A stretch of 64,000 nucleotides of DNA. Source: Octopus vulgaris (Eukaryota). Both the position numbers and the translations under genes were made by a program. Under the pieces are notes generated by a model. It was given only the letters and a program-made list of their open reading frames with translations. It was not told where the DNA came from and did not search any database. How positions within the stretch are numbered: position 1 is the first letter of the stretch; every line of letters starts with the position of its first letter. The DNA lies in NCBI GenBank assembly GCA_951406725.2, contig OX597842.1:14694001-14758000 (forward strand), written 5' to 3'. Shown in pieces: positions 39,953-53,569 of this stretch.

Positions 39953-40891
39953 GTATATATATATATATATATATGTATATAGACATACTGTCGCAATGAT
40001 TATGATGATTATGATATATAATCCTTTTGAATTCACGCCTCAACTCCTACTGCAACACTCGATGCTCAATAAGATATTTGCTTGGGCAGTTCGACAATTT
40101 GGAGACGTAATTCATTGCACAATTGTGAATATCTTTTGTATCTTATCAATATGGTGTCTATCCCACATATAGACACATATAAACACACACACATTCGCAA
40201 ATATGTGCGTGTGTGTTCGTACATACATATGCGTAGGCATTATATAATTGTATAAAATCATACACTGTATTAAACTTTGTAAACATTATTGCATTTGTGA
40301 GCAAATGAAATTAGTGACTTTTCTGCTTAACATCCTGGTTACACCCAAGAAATATCCGCTTCACACTTACTCGCACACAAACACAAACTCATACACATAG
40401 TCGTGTGCGTGTATGAATATCTTTGTGTGTATATACGAATGTGACCACCTTGTCACTATGCAGTTGCGCCCTATTCGGGTATTTGTAGAGATTTCAATGC
40501 CAAAGTTTGGTACAAATCCTTCTATGGTCATCCATCCCTATTCTGCCGGACATCTTTTCCGGTGTGTATGAATGTGTGTGTATATAAAAGTACACACATA
40601 TACATTTATATTATTATATTTATGTGTATATGAATGCATTTTAAGTTGTGTTTTCCCCATCTTTTCATCTCAGAACTGTCGTAAACGAGCCTCACCATCA
40701 CACAAGAGATGAGATTCATCTTTAACTGCCTGTTTAAAAATATGTCCATCTTTGACAATGTTGTATCTTTCTCGGAAAGAGGCGATGGCTAGCGAGAGGA
40801 AAGGGATTCGTGTGTAGAATATCTGAACAATGAACACCGTTCGACCCAAGCATTATGAACTGAGGGACGTTACAATCATGACGACGACGAC

Positions 40892-40937
<46 letters not shown>

Positions 40938-41879
40938 GTGATCAACATCATCATCATAGCATTTTGTTCTCTCATTTGTTTGAGTCAGTGACCCTGAAGC
41001 TTATTGCTGCAGCAATGTGAATTGTTTTACTCTATGAAACTGAATACCGTATTTGTTTGAAGCAGTCTAACCAACTTAAAATCATAATTTTATGCTAAAT
41101 TTCAGTAGAAGTGTGGGATACTGCCAACTGTAAAGAATGACATCACCTTCTAAATAGAAGTAATGATGAGACTTCTTTTAATATCTGGAAAACAACATTG
41201 TTGATTCCTATCATTACTCTAGCCTAGTTGGTTCCTATAGCCAGTAAAAGTTTTATATCTAATTTCGTTTTCACTAATTAAATTTTTAAAACATCTTCAA
41301 TGCCATCTACACCACGTATTTCTAAAGATATCATACTGAAATATGTATGTACCACCGGTGGAGGCGGAGGAGCTGGAAAAGTTCATAACTTGATAAAGAT
41401 CCTTATGAAAAATTTTCATTTGAAGCTTCAAGAAAGTGAAAACAAAAATTCAATAATAGCCGTTTTTACTAAAATTTGGCTATAAGATAAATTAACAAAA
41501 GTAGAAAACGAAGAAAAAGATGAAAAAAGGGTAACTATTGAGATAATGTCATGATCAGAGAAAAATTCTAAATAAAATTTTAAATCTACTATTTTTCCTG
41601 CTACATGCTGAATTCAAAAACTTTCTGCTAAATGGTGAAAAAATAATGCTAGATCTATCATAAATATGCTAAATTGGCAACCCTGGTGTGAAGCCTTCTA
41701 ATTATTCATTCTCTCCACTTATATGCTAAGTTACTCGCATTGTGTGGTAAGTAGCTTGCTAACCAAACACATGCTTCCGGATTCAGTTCCACTGCGTTGG
41801 GACTTACTCCACTAAAAGGCGGTGCTCCAGCATGGCCGCAGTCATATGACTGAAACAAGTAAAAGAGAGTAAAAGAGAG

Positions 41880-41955
<76 letters not shown>

Positions 41956-41956
<1 letters not shown>

Positions 41957-42246
41957 GAGAAAGAAGCAACAAGAATGGATTGGTTTTTAGTACAATTGTT
42001 TCATACAAAGACAGGCTTTATTACAAGTTGCAAAAATTGCAGCAGATAAAAGTGTCCCGTACTCATCAGCTAAAATACATTTGAGTTCTCTAGACATCTT
42101 AGTGGGTGAGGTTATACTCATGAGATATTGGAGATAGTTCCATTAGAGGCAGATATAGGTTGTTAAAAGTTTTCCAATGTTCCTTAATGATGATGCACAG
42201 TCTTATCACAGATTTTTAAAAAAACTTATTAGTTTCAAAGAGGAGA
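41956..42246 (-). mobile_element. ~290-bp copy-B-specific segment within (TA)n carrying a hammerhead ribozyme (PLE terminal-repeat or retrozyme-like)
   Basis: Flanked by (TA)n on both sides. The orthologous site in copy A (~25248-25285) has only TA-rich sequence. Confidence 0.75.
41985..42075 (-). ncRNA. Type I hammerhead ribozyme with intact catalytic core
   Basis: Minus strand reads UUUUAG-CUGAUGA-[GUACGGGACA...UGUCUUUGUAU]-GAAA-CAAUUG-UA-CUAAAA. It has a 6-bp helix I, an extended helix II, a palindromic helix III (ACAAUUGU) and a GUA cleavage triplet. Confidence 0.82.
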
Positions 42247-42643
42247 TATATATATATATATATATAGTAAGAGTAAATAAGTTCTATAATGGTTTTTGAA
42301 AAAAACAACAATTATTTACTGGTAGGGTTCGGTATGTAAATATAGCCGATTAACGGTAGGAACTTCTGTAAAGTTCAGTATATATATATTATATAAATAA
42401 GAGGCGCAGGAAACAGGTTGCTTGGCCGCATACCGAAAAAATTAGAAATAGCAGTCAAGACTGTTTATTTCTATTATCTGCATGTGGGACTCCACACATG
42501 ACATACCTGTAATTCACATATGCAAAACAGAAGGAATAAATAACGTGTGTGGAGCCCCACTTGTAGATAATAGAAATAAACAGTCTTCACTGCTATTTCT
42601 AATTTTTTCGGTACGTGGCCAAGCAACCTGTTGCCTGCGCCTC

Positions 42644-42762
<119 letters not shown>

Positions 42763-42785
42763 TCTCTGTCTGTCTGTCTGTCTGT

Positions 42786-42876
<91 letters not shown>

Positions 42877-43612
42877 TATACACATACATATATGTATATG
42901 TGTGTATTTGTATATTATTTAAAGGGAAACGGAGAATATAAATCGAAGGCAGGAAGAATATCTAAAGTCATTTACAATATTTAATTTGAAGTCCTCCAGT
43001 CGTTTCTAGGATATCCCAAGTGATAGGCTAGCATGTGCGTGCACTGAGTATTCCAACATCAGAGTATTCAACATCAGAGACTATACGACTAATTGTGAAA
43101 CTTCTAGACAGGGAATTTCACAAGTTAAAAGGCATGAAATGGGAAATATCAGTAGATAGAAGAATACAGAGAGGAGTTTAATGTTCACAGCACATCCTTT
43201 TCCAGAGGGTAGGGACGTAAGTTTGCACTTCGATGAAGTACTTGAGATACCCTCGCTGACTTGATTTGTGTTGTCCTTTTTCTTCTAATTAATATAGTCC
43301 AGCTAACTCAGACGCCTAACACGGATCTCTAGTTCCAGCCTCAGATGTGAAATTGGAACGTAACGGATAATCGAATATAGCATTTGTCAGCGTATCTATT
43401 CGTTTAGATCACCAAGGAATTACAGACATATATATATATATGCGCAGCAGTGGCTGTGTGGTAAGTAGCTTGCTATCCAACCACATGGTCCCGGGTTCAG
43501 TCCCACTGCGTGGCATCTTGGGTTAGGTGTCTACTGCTATAGCCCCGGGCCGACCAATACTTCGTGAGTGGATTTGGTAGACGGAAACTGAAAGAAGCCT
43601 GTTGTATATATG

Positions 43613-43663
<51 letters not shown>

Positions 43664-44346
43664 GTGTATGTGTGTGTTTGTGTGTCTGTGTTTGACCCCC
43701 TAGCATTGCTTGACAACCGATGCTGGTGTGTTTACGTCCCCGTCACTTAGCGGTTCGGCAAAAGAGACCGATAGAATAAGCACTGGGCTTACAAAGGATA
43801 AGTCCCATGGTCGATTTGCTCGACTAAAGCGGTGCTCCAGCATGGCCGCAGTCAAAATGACTGAAACAAGTAAAAGAGAGAAAGAAAGAGATATATATCA
43901 ATATTATATCTATGTATATGCATGTGTATACACTTATACCCACAGACAGGTATGAAGCTTGTTTACCAAACACATAGTTTTGGGTTCAGTCCCACTGCGT
44001 CGCAACATGGACGAGAATCTCCCGCTATAGCCTCCGGCCGACCTGAGTGTTTTGATTGAGTTCAATAGCCGGAAACTGAAAGAAATACCCCATCTCAGTT
44101 TATGTGCGGATAAGCGTGTGTGTGTGTGTTTGTGTGTTTGTGTGTTTTAGTGTGCTTAACAACCGGCGCAGGTGCGTTTATGACCCCTTAATATTACCAT
44201 TCATTCAATTAAATATTATTCAAGTGGGTGCGCCATCTTGGCCGATTCTACTGACGGAAACAAAAGATTGATTTATATATATATATATATATATATACAT
44301 GCACATACATACATTCCAATGCAGACAGAAATGTATGCATAGATAG

Positions 44347-44419
<73 letters not shown>

Positions 44420-45704
44420 TGGTGTCTGGGTGTCTGTGTGTGTATGTATATATAAAGAGCTGTATGTAGACATTATATATATATATTGTTTATTACTAAA
44501 TAATATATATATATTGTTTAGTAATACATGTATATATCTATGTACACACACAAACATACTCACGTACACATACACACATATGTATGTATGTATAATATTA
44601 ATTACTACAACATTACAGTATTGCGTCACCCATTGTTCATTAAAATTTCAATACATTGTACTGAACAAAACACACCAAACATTGTTAACATATGTTCTAA
44701 ATGTTAAGTCAAATGGAAAAAACAACATCCCTTCCTTTCTCAAAATATCATATACTACTCTCTCTCTCTTTCACTTTCTCTAGCTTTCTCTCTAAAAGAT
44801 AAGCATTATTTTGCTTTTGTGATGTGGTGCCTCAACAAATCACACACACACACACAAATATTCATAATACATACATACATACATACATACATACATACAT
44901 ACATACATACATACATACATACATACATTCATACATACATACATACATACATGGTGGCTGTTTCCTCGTTATCGAGTATGGCCATTGTAAGTGCAGTCGT
45001 ATTATACTATTTCAGTTTTGTGCAGAGACCAGACTGGTGTTTTGTATTTTTCCAGTATTTTCCCGTCATTCTTTGCCCTTCACATCTGCATCCGCGAGGT
45101 TTCTTCAATCACTTCTCAAAGTCTCTTTAAGCATTTGGCATGCTTTTTTACATTGCCAAATTTTAATAAAAGTTTTTCTTGGGGGAGGGGAATTCCTCAT
45201 CTTGAAAATGTGGCCCGAGTAGATCCGAATGAATTCGGTTCATAATATCGAAACAATGCTATTTTAATCCCGAGCAAAGGCGGCTTTCTCCGCAAGTGTA
45301 TCATATTGGAATAGTATTTCTATGTAATATACGATGTGTCTATGGATGTTTCTATTTGTTCTGTAGTAATTTAAGGCAGGTTTTCCCAATGTGGCAATGG
45401 TTGCATGTTCTTTATTTTATATTCTACCATTATGATCATTGTTACTCAATAGTTATTGTAGATTTTCAGCAAAACGTCAAACTTCACCATTGTACATATA
45501 AAAAATAATCCATAAATTTAAAATTTGAAAATTTAGTGAAACGCAACTCGTAAGTATTGTCCAATTGTTATTGGATTCTTACGTGAAACGAGTGAACAGA
45601 CCTGATTATTTTGAAATTTAACATAAAATTATTTACATTTTAAGCAATTATTATTAGAAATTATTGGTTTACAAACAAATTATATGGTATCATACTTTGG
45701 ACAA

Positions 45705-46790
45705 ATATTGAAAGAATTCCGGTCAGCTTTATTTGTAAGAATTGTTTGGTGTCTGAAAATATGAAGCCCACAAAAATTAAAAACGTTTTCATTCAAGACA
45801 TTTCTTTATAATAATAAGACTATAGAATTGTCTTGAAAGGCTATCAGTGCACAGAAGCAATCTCTTGAACAAGTTATTCCCTCAATAGACAGAGTGAAAT
45901 ACGTAAGGGCATCATTTGAAGCTGCTTATTTGATTGCAAGAGATAAAAGAATCCCCAAACAACATCGGCGAAGAACTTGTATTAGCAGCAGCAATGAAAA
46001 CATCAGGAATTATTCACTGAAATAACATGCAGATGAATCAAAGTTCGTCTGCGAAATGATAATGTTGGCATTTGTATTTCAGAAACTAATAATGATTAAT
46101 TGGAGTAAATTATGCGAAGGTTTTTAAGCAACGTCTCTAAACATGCAATTCAATTAGATGAAGCAAGTAAAATTACAAACTATAGTAATATAGAATAGGG
46201 GCCAGGAATATTGGTTCGTTAGATGGAGACTTTGTAGCTAAAAGTAGACGATAGTTTCTCAGAACTAGGCCTTGGATGGTATAAATGTAATGTAGTATGT
46301 AATAAAGATGCAGAAGCTATGATAAGGAGGGAAATTGGGGTTCAAGTTAAATTTGTAAGATAAAAACCCTATTTCTGTCACTTATTGCAATCTTCACTGA
46401 GAGGGGTTTGTTTCTCAGAAAATATTTCCAGATACTTTTGCAATATTACAACAAGCGGTTAAAATTATTAACGTTATTAAAATTCTTGTTCTCAATAGTT
46501 TCCTCTTCTGTGAGGAAATGGCATCCAATTTCAGCAAAGTTTATGAAGAACAGAAGTGTGATGACTCTGAAATGGAGAAGCTTTGAAACAATTGATAGAA
46601 CTTTAAGAAAATGAAGACATAATATTCCTACTGGGATTAAATTCCGATTTGTTTCACAATGAAGATTCGTTATACAAATTATTCTATTTGTCAGACATTT
46701 TTGGACAACTTAATAAACGTAATATGTCTGTACAAAAGGGAAAACACTGAAATTTCTTATTTAAATAAAATATTCAAGAATAATGAAACA
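45705..46790 (+). mobile_element. Heavily decayed hAT (Buster-like) transposase
   Basis: PVSFICKNCLVSENMKPTKIK, VRASFEAAYLIAK..NIGEELVLAAAM, HAIQLDEAS, YCNLH*EG and YLSDIFGH. Many stops. Confidence 0.75.
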
Positions 46791-47729
46791 CGTGGTTGAT
46801 TGTAAAGACAGAATCCACTCCCCCGCAGCTGAATTTCGTCAAGTTACCTGTGCATCTGTCTCAATCTTCCACCGCCGACCAGATATCTCTACCGTCGACC
46901 TACATGCTGTTAACAAAGGGAACCGGCTTCTTACCAATTTAAACCGTTGATGCTTCAAGGAGTCGAGGCTTAGGGTACATGTCAGCTGCAGATGGACAGG
47001 TACTTTCTCTGTCAATGACGCTCTTAGGTCAGGTGAGGATGATTCTGATGGTTGGGTAGGGCTGCAACATAACACTCAGAGAGAACGAGAGAGAGAGAGA
47101 GAGTGAAAGAAAGTGTGAAATATTAGTGAGGAAAAGAGACGACTCAGATTGTGCTTGGATTTGACGGAAAATTCCCACCGACATGCACAGATGCAGGAGA
47201 GGAGAGCCGAGAAGCTTTCCGACTGGAACAGCGATTTCCATCAGAAGACCCGTATTGGGAAGGCAGCCTTTCTCACAGATGTGTGCGACGAACCGAATTT
47301 GTTTCCTCATAACTCCCCGCCAAACGGACAGTATTTAATTAAATTTTCAGATGGTGATCATTCTGATTATATCGGAATTCGTAGCGAAACAAATTTGTCT
47401 GTGGGCAGAAAGATGAGTTTCGTAAAATTCACATGAATTGTCTGTGTTTGCTCAAAACCTTAACAAAAATGGGTTATTTTCTAATGTAATTTTCTGTAAA
47501 TACGTTACAGTGTGTGTAAAACGTGATTATATTGGAATTTAATGTGGAAAGAAAAAATAATGAGGACACACACACACACACACACACTCACACACACACA
47601 AACACACACAATGACGCACATCACAATTTTCTTCGAAATTTCAAGTTTCCATTTGTCGATATGTGACCTGTTGTACTATGTATGTGTAGTAATCCATCAA
47701 ATTAATCTTCTCATATTCTTTTCCGATAT

Positions 47730-47988
47730 ACTTTTTCACGCTGAGAGTTGCTGAAGCATGGAACAAACTGCCGGGATCAGTTGTTATTTGTCGGAGCACT
47801 GCAACCTTCAAAACCTCCATGTTTTCTGAGATTCGCCAACGCTGCACCTGATTTCCTCCCCTCTATACACACAAGCATGTATCTGACTCATACGTTGTTC
47901 GCTTTCCAGACATTTGTACATTACTGCATACACCTTATACGCACTTTCGGACAAGTTGTGGTGCACATGAGCACTGTATACATTAATT

Positions 47989-48023
<35 letters not shown>

Positions 48024-48025
48024 TT
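47730..48025 (+). mobile_element. CR1/L2-group LINE 3' end
   Basis: FTLRVAEAWNKLPGSVVICRSTATFK, then a 3' UTR and an (ATT)n tail. Confidence 0.85.
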
Positions 48026-49583
48026 ATAATTGTAATCGACACACTCTGAAAGGCATTAATAGAAAATTCCATTAAAAATTTACTAATTTTCTGAAAGTTA
48101 TGAAAAATGCCAGACGCCTTTTGTGAATTTTCCAAAACTCGTCACATCGAAGTAGGAAAAATGTTTTCATCAAATATTCCGATATAATCGCAATTGACAG
48201 CATCAGAAGCTCAGTTTTAGAAAATATAATTCAAAATCTCCATCTTCTGGAAGCTCTGGGGCAGGAAATTCGGGTGTCAAACATCTGAAGCAATACAGAA
48301 AGGCATTTAATATCTTCACACTGAACTCTTTCATAACCGTCGAGATGCGTCAATTTCCATCGATTTCCGTTCTCGTAGCTCTTTCCCCGCCACAGCTCCG
48401 TCACACATCCATGAGACCGGCCTGCGATGAGTAAAAACAGTGTGTCGAGATGTTTCGGTGGTAGAGCCCTCGTCACTATGAGCTGAATTTGTCTCCGTTA
48501 GATGGCATTCACTTGTTTCCTGTTCCATTTTCATCACTTCCGATCTGATCCCTTTCCTTCTTGAAGTTTACTTTCACAATTTTGCAGCTTAAAATGCGAC
48601 GACAACCAGTGCACGGCTGCACTAAACTGCACTTTCATTGCATATTCTTGCTCTCTTCTCTTTGTAGTGGACAGTTAATGGCTAATCTTTGCAGTTTTCT
48701 GACCAAATGCCAATTATAAAATAGAAACTATTAGATTGAGGCAAATGTCCGTGCGTCGTGTTAAAATAATAATTTTTTTTTCATGAAGCAACAACTATTC
48801 TTCAAAATAAAGACCAAACGCACGAACTTTTCCCTCCACTTAATAAATAAATTTTGAAGCAATTAAAGAAATAGGAGGTTTCATTTAGTATGCGATGTTT
48901 GGCTGCTATTTCTAGCAGCTGCATCGACAATAGGTGCAGGGTGCAGTGTGAAGGATACGAGGAGGAAATTAAAGGGTAAGAATTGCAATATTAAAAAAGC
49001 GAAACGAAAACGAATCAGTGATATAGAAAAGTGTTCGATATTTATTGATATTGCGTTATAAACACTTCGATCTATTATTTACATTAAATCATTTTGGAAA
49101 TCTTCAAATTCTGCGCAAGAAAAAGTACAATTTAAAGCGAAAAGGGATTCAATAAGAGTTATTGTTCTTACGCTTTGACACCTCCCACCACATTGTATAA
49201 TGTAGAATGACTCCGCCCATTTTGCTTTCTTTATTAACTCATACCCTTCCCCTATTACAAAATATATATCGTCCAATAAGCGGGCTCTCCCTCTTTGTCT
49301 GTCTCTTTCTCTTCGCTTCCGTCTCCCACCTCCTCATATATTACCCAATGCTTCCCCCTCCCTTGCTTGTAGTCTTAATTCCCTCTGTCTGCACCTCACT
49401 AATCCCATAATGCATTTTCATACTCTTTCTCCCTCCCCTACAAAACATAACCTCACACTTCTCCCTCTTTGTCTCCTTTCTCTCAGAACCTCATTATAAA
49501 TTCATTTTAACCAACTCCGCCTCCTTTGCTATATCGTTCACCTCATCCTCTCCCTCACTTCCTAAACGTATATATCAATTCCC

Positions 49584-49627
<44 letters not shown>

Positions 49628-52600
49628 CTCTTTCTCTTTCTTTCTCTGCCATTTCATACATTAACATATGCCTCCCCTTCCCTAGATTTCCCCATCTCTC
49701 TTTCTCTCTTCCTTTCTCTCTCTCTCTCTCTCACTCTTTCTTCCTTTCTTTCTCTCTCTATCTCCCCCACCTCCTTATATCTTACCCTCTCCCTCTTCCT
49801 CACCTTTTATTCCTAAGAAACCTTATTTTCTTACAAATAAATTATATTTTCAGATTTACCTTAAAATTTCTCTCTCGCTAATTATTTTACCAGAAGCTAA
49901 TTATTTAACTAACGATTAATTACATAATTACTCTGTAGTTCTTGATTGAGGAAATTAAAAAGTCGAGGCATTGAGGGACAATTTAAGAAGCATTTATTCA
50001 AAGAATCGTCCTACACTAGGTTTGACATCATGCTAGAAATAACAGCCCACCACACTATACTTTACATCGTTTTTATGAAGGTCACTTTAAGGAGCTTCTG
50101 AGGAAATATAGTCCAATTGGGGATCAAATGTGATGCTAGAAATAACAGCCAAGTATATTAAAGTTTGGTTTTGTGTTTCATATAAAAATGAAGGACACTT
50201 CGAAACTCTTCTCTCTCCTTCCTCATTCTGTATTAATACCTCATCCTTCCCCTCTTCCTTTCTCTAATACATGATAGACTCCCTCTCTTATCACACACAT
50301 CATTCCCTCTCCTTCTCTACTCCTCTCTCTGTCACCTCATATCTCATACTATCCCTCTACCTCTTTTGCGCTCCGCCCCACGTCACACTCTCCCTCTCTT
50401 TCTAAACCTATGTGTCATTTTCTCTCTCCCTCCACCACCATCCATAATATTCTCTCATTCTCTTACCTCATTCTTTCCCTCCCTTTCTCCTCCCTTTCCA
50501 TCTCCCTCTCTTTCTCTATCTCTGTCTTTCTCTCTCTTTTCTCCCTTGATTTCTCTATTTCAGTCTCTCTCTTTCGCCCTCTCGCTTCTTATGTCTCTCT
50601 CTGTCTCCGTGTCTCTGTTTGGCTCTCTCTCTCTTTCTCCCTCTCTCCCTCTCCCTCTCTCTATTACCTTATTATATATTAATGCTCCGCCTTTTTACTC
50701 TTTGTCTCTCATCTCATACTCCTCCTCTCTTCTTAACATTTATTTCTCTAATCCCTCCTCCTTCCTCCCCCCCCTCTCTCTCCCTCTCCCTCTTTCTTCT
50801 CATCGTTTTTACAGAATTACGTCGCCTTCCTCTCTCTCTCTCTCATTCTTTCTTTCTGTTTGTTTCCCTTTCCTTTCTTTCTCTTTTCTTTCTATCTTTT
50901 TGCATTCTTTATTTCCTTTTCTTTCTTTCTATTTTCTTTCTTTCTTTCTTTCCTCTCCCTCTCTTCCTTTCTTTCTTCCTTTCTTTCTTTTTCTTTCTTT
51001 CATTTCTTTCTTTCTTTCTTTCTTTTTTTCTTTCTATCTTTCTTTTCTTCTTTCTTTCTTGAACTTCCTTTCTTTCTTTCTTTCTTTCTTTCTTTTTTCT
51101 TTCTATATTTCTTTTTTTCTTTCTTTCTTGAACTTCCTTTCTTTCTTTCTTTCATTCTTTCTTACTTTCTTCTTTCTTTACTTCCTTTTCCTTTCCTTCT
51201 TCTTTCTCTTTTCTCTCTTTGTTTTTTTGTCTCTTCATTCTTTCTTTCTTTCTTTTTTTCTTTTTTCCTTCTTTCTTACTTTCCTTTATTTCTTCCTTCC
51301 TTCATTTCTCTCATTATTTCTTTCTTTCCGTCTTTCTTTCTTTCCTTCCTTCCTTCTTTCTTTCCTTCTGTTCTTTATTTTCATCATTTTCCTTTCTTTC
51401 TTTCTTTCTACTTTCTTTCTTTCGTTTTTTTTTCTGTCTTTCCTTTCTTTCTTTCTTTCCTTTTCCTTTCATTCTTCCCTTCTTTCTTTCTCTCTTCTTT
51501 CTTTCTTTTTCTTTCTTTTTTCTGTCTTTCTTTCATTCATTCTTTCTTCCCTTTCTTTCTTTCTTCCTTCATTTCTCTCATTCTTTCCTTCTTTCTTTCT
51601 TTCCTTTCTGTCTTTCTTTCTTCCTTCATTTCTCTCATTCTTTCTTTCTTTCATTCTTTCTTTCATTCATTCATTTTCGTTATTTCTTTGGTTTTCTTTC
51701 GGTTTTTCATTTCCTTCTTACTCTTCATTTTTTTTTTTTCTTTGATCGCTCTTATCGTTCATTCTCCTTTGCTTCTTTTCATTTTCTTCCTTCCTTTTAT
51801 GATCGTTGCTTCGTTTCGTTTCCTTTTCTCCTTTTTCTCTCTCTCCCTCTCGCCCTGCTCTTATCTTTCTCTCCTTCTTTCCTTCATTTCCCTTCTTTCT
51901 TTCTTTTCTCCTTCTTTTTTCCTTCATTCCTTCTCCCTTTCTTTCTTTCCTTCTCTCCCCCGCTCTCATTTCATGCATTATTACAGAATCATGTTACTTT
52001 ATTCCTTCCCTCCACTTTTCTTTCATTCCTTCTTTTTTCTCTTTTCATTCTTCCTTTCTCTCTCTCTCACTCTCTTTCATTCTTTCCTTCTTTTTACTCA
52101 CTCTCTCACTCTCTTTCTTTCCCTTAATCTCATTGTTTCCCTCCCAAAACCATTCCGACTTTTATAAAAGAATCTCACCTCTCTATTGTCCCGCATCATT
52201 CGCGAAACAGCAACCAAACACCTTGAAATTGAGGAAGAGTCTATCAAATATATTGTCCTACAGGTGGTCGGGTAATATACTAAAAATAATAGTTTATATT
52301 TTGTATTGCTTTTCATGAAGGATTAAAGGATACTTTAAGAAGCATCCAGAGGAATATTATCCAATTGGTGGTCCTACGTGATGCTAGAAATAACATTAAA
52401 TATGTTTTTGATAAATATTTTTATTGTTTTTGTTGAATAATATTTGTTGAAAAATAGCCGCAATAATTTTGCACCAACCCAATATTTTACCTGACCCTTG
52501 AACCGAGCGTGACATGGATTAAAGTGAGGGAGGGTTGCACAATATCATCTGGCTCACTCTCTCGTCCCTTCCCCTGTGATTTCAGTGGAAGGATGAAGTG

Positions 52601-52925
52601 AAGAAAACTACAAACAGGTTGCAGTTCACCCTCCACAAAGTTTGCGAGTCTGTTGAGCCTGTCTAGTGGTTTCCTCAGCACACTCCACCGGTTCACATCC
52701 TTACATAGACAAGCCCTAGTCCATCAATGGTTAAAGGCCGTGTGCTACCCTTACCATGGTTTAGCCAGCCTGTGGAAGCCATGAACCTGGGTGTGGATAA
52801 TGTTGCATGCAGATAGCATTGATGAACCACAGGTGAGAGGTGGGAGTCACGGGAGGACCAAAGCGGACGGACTACGATTTTACTTCAGAAACAGAAGCGA
52901 TTCACATGTGTGGTTACATTTTGAA

Positions 52926-52967
<42 letters not shown>

Positions 52968-53214
52968 GAATATCCTAAACTATGAATATTATTATTGTTG
53001 GTGGTGGTGGTGGTGTTGTTGCTGTTGTTGTTATTATTATTATTATCTATAATTATTTCTATCTGTATGTCTCTCTCTCTCAATCTTTCTCTCTCTCTAC
53101 TCACACACACACAATTATATATATCGGGAGAGAGATAGTTAGGAATGTAGGTAGGTACATAGACAGATAGACAGACAGAGAGATAGATAGATATATAGAT
53201 AGATAGATAGATAT

Positions 53215-53277
<63 letters not shown>

Positions 53278-53281
53278 TATG

Positions 53282-53392
<111 letters not shown>

Positions 53393-53405
53393 GGATGGAT
53401 AGATG

Positions 53406-53443
<38 letters not shown>

Positions 53444-53569
53444 AGAATAAAGACAAGTAGTGTGTATGTTCATGCATTTCTTGTGCGCCTGTATAAATAG
53501 CAGGCAATAAGAAAAGAAAATCCAAAAAAAGAAGAACAAGAAACACAAAAAAAAGACATCATTGCGAGC

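Noticed and set aside
41300-41485. Small ORF with a GGGGGAGK P-loop-like motif
   Set aside because: It lies antisense within a hAT relic, and the copy A frame stops earlier.
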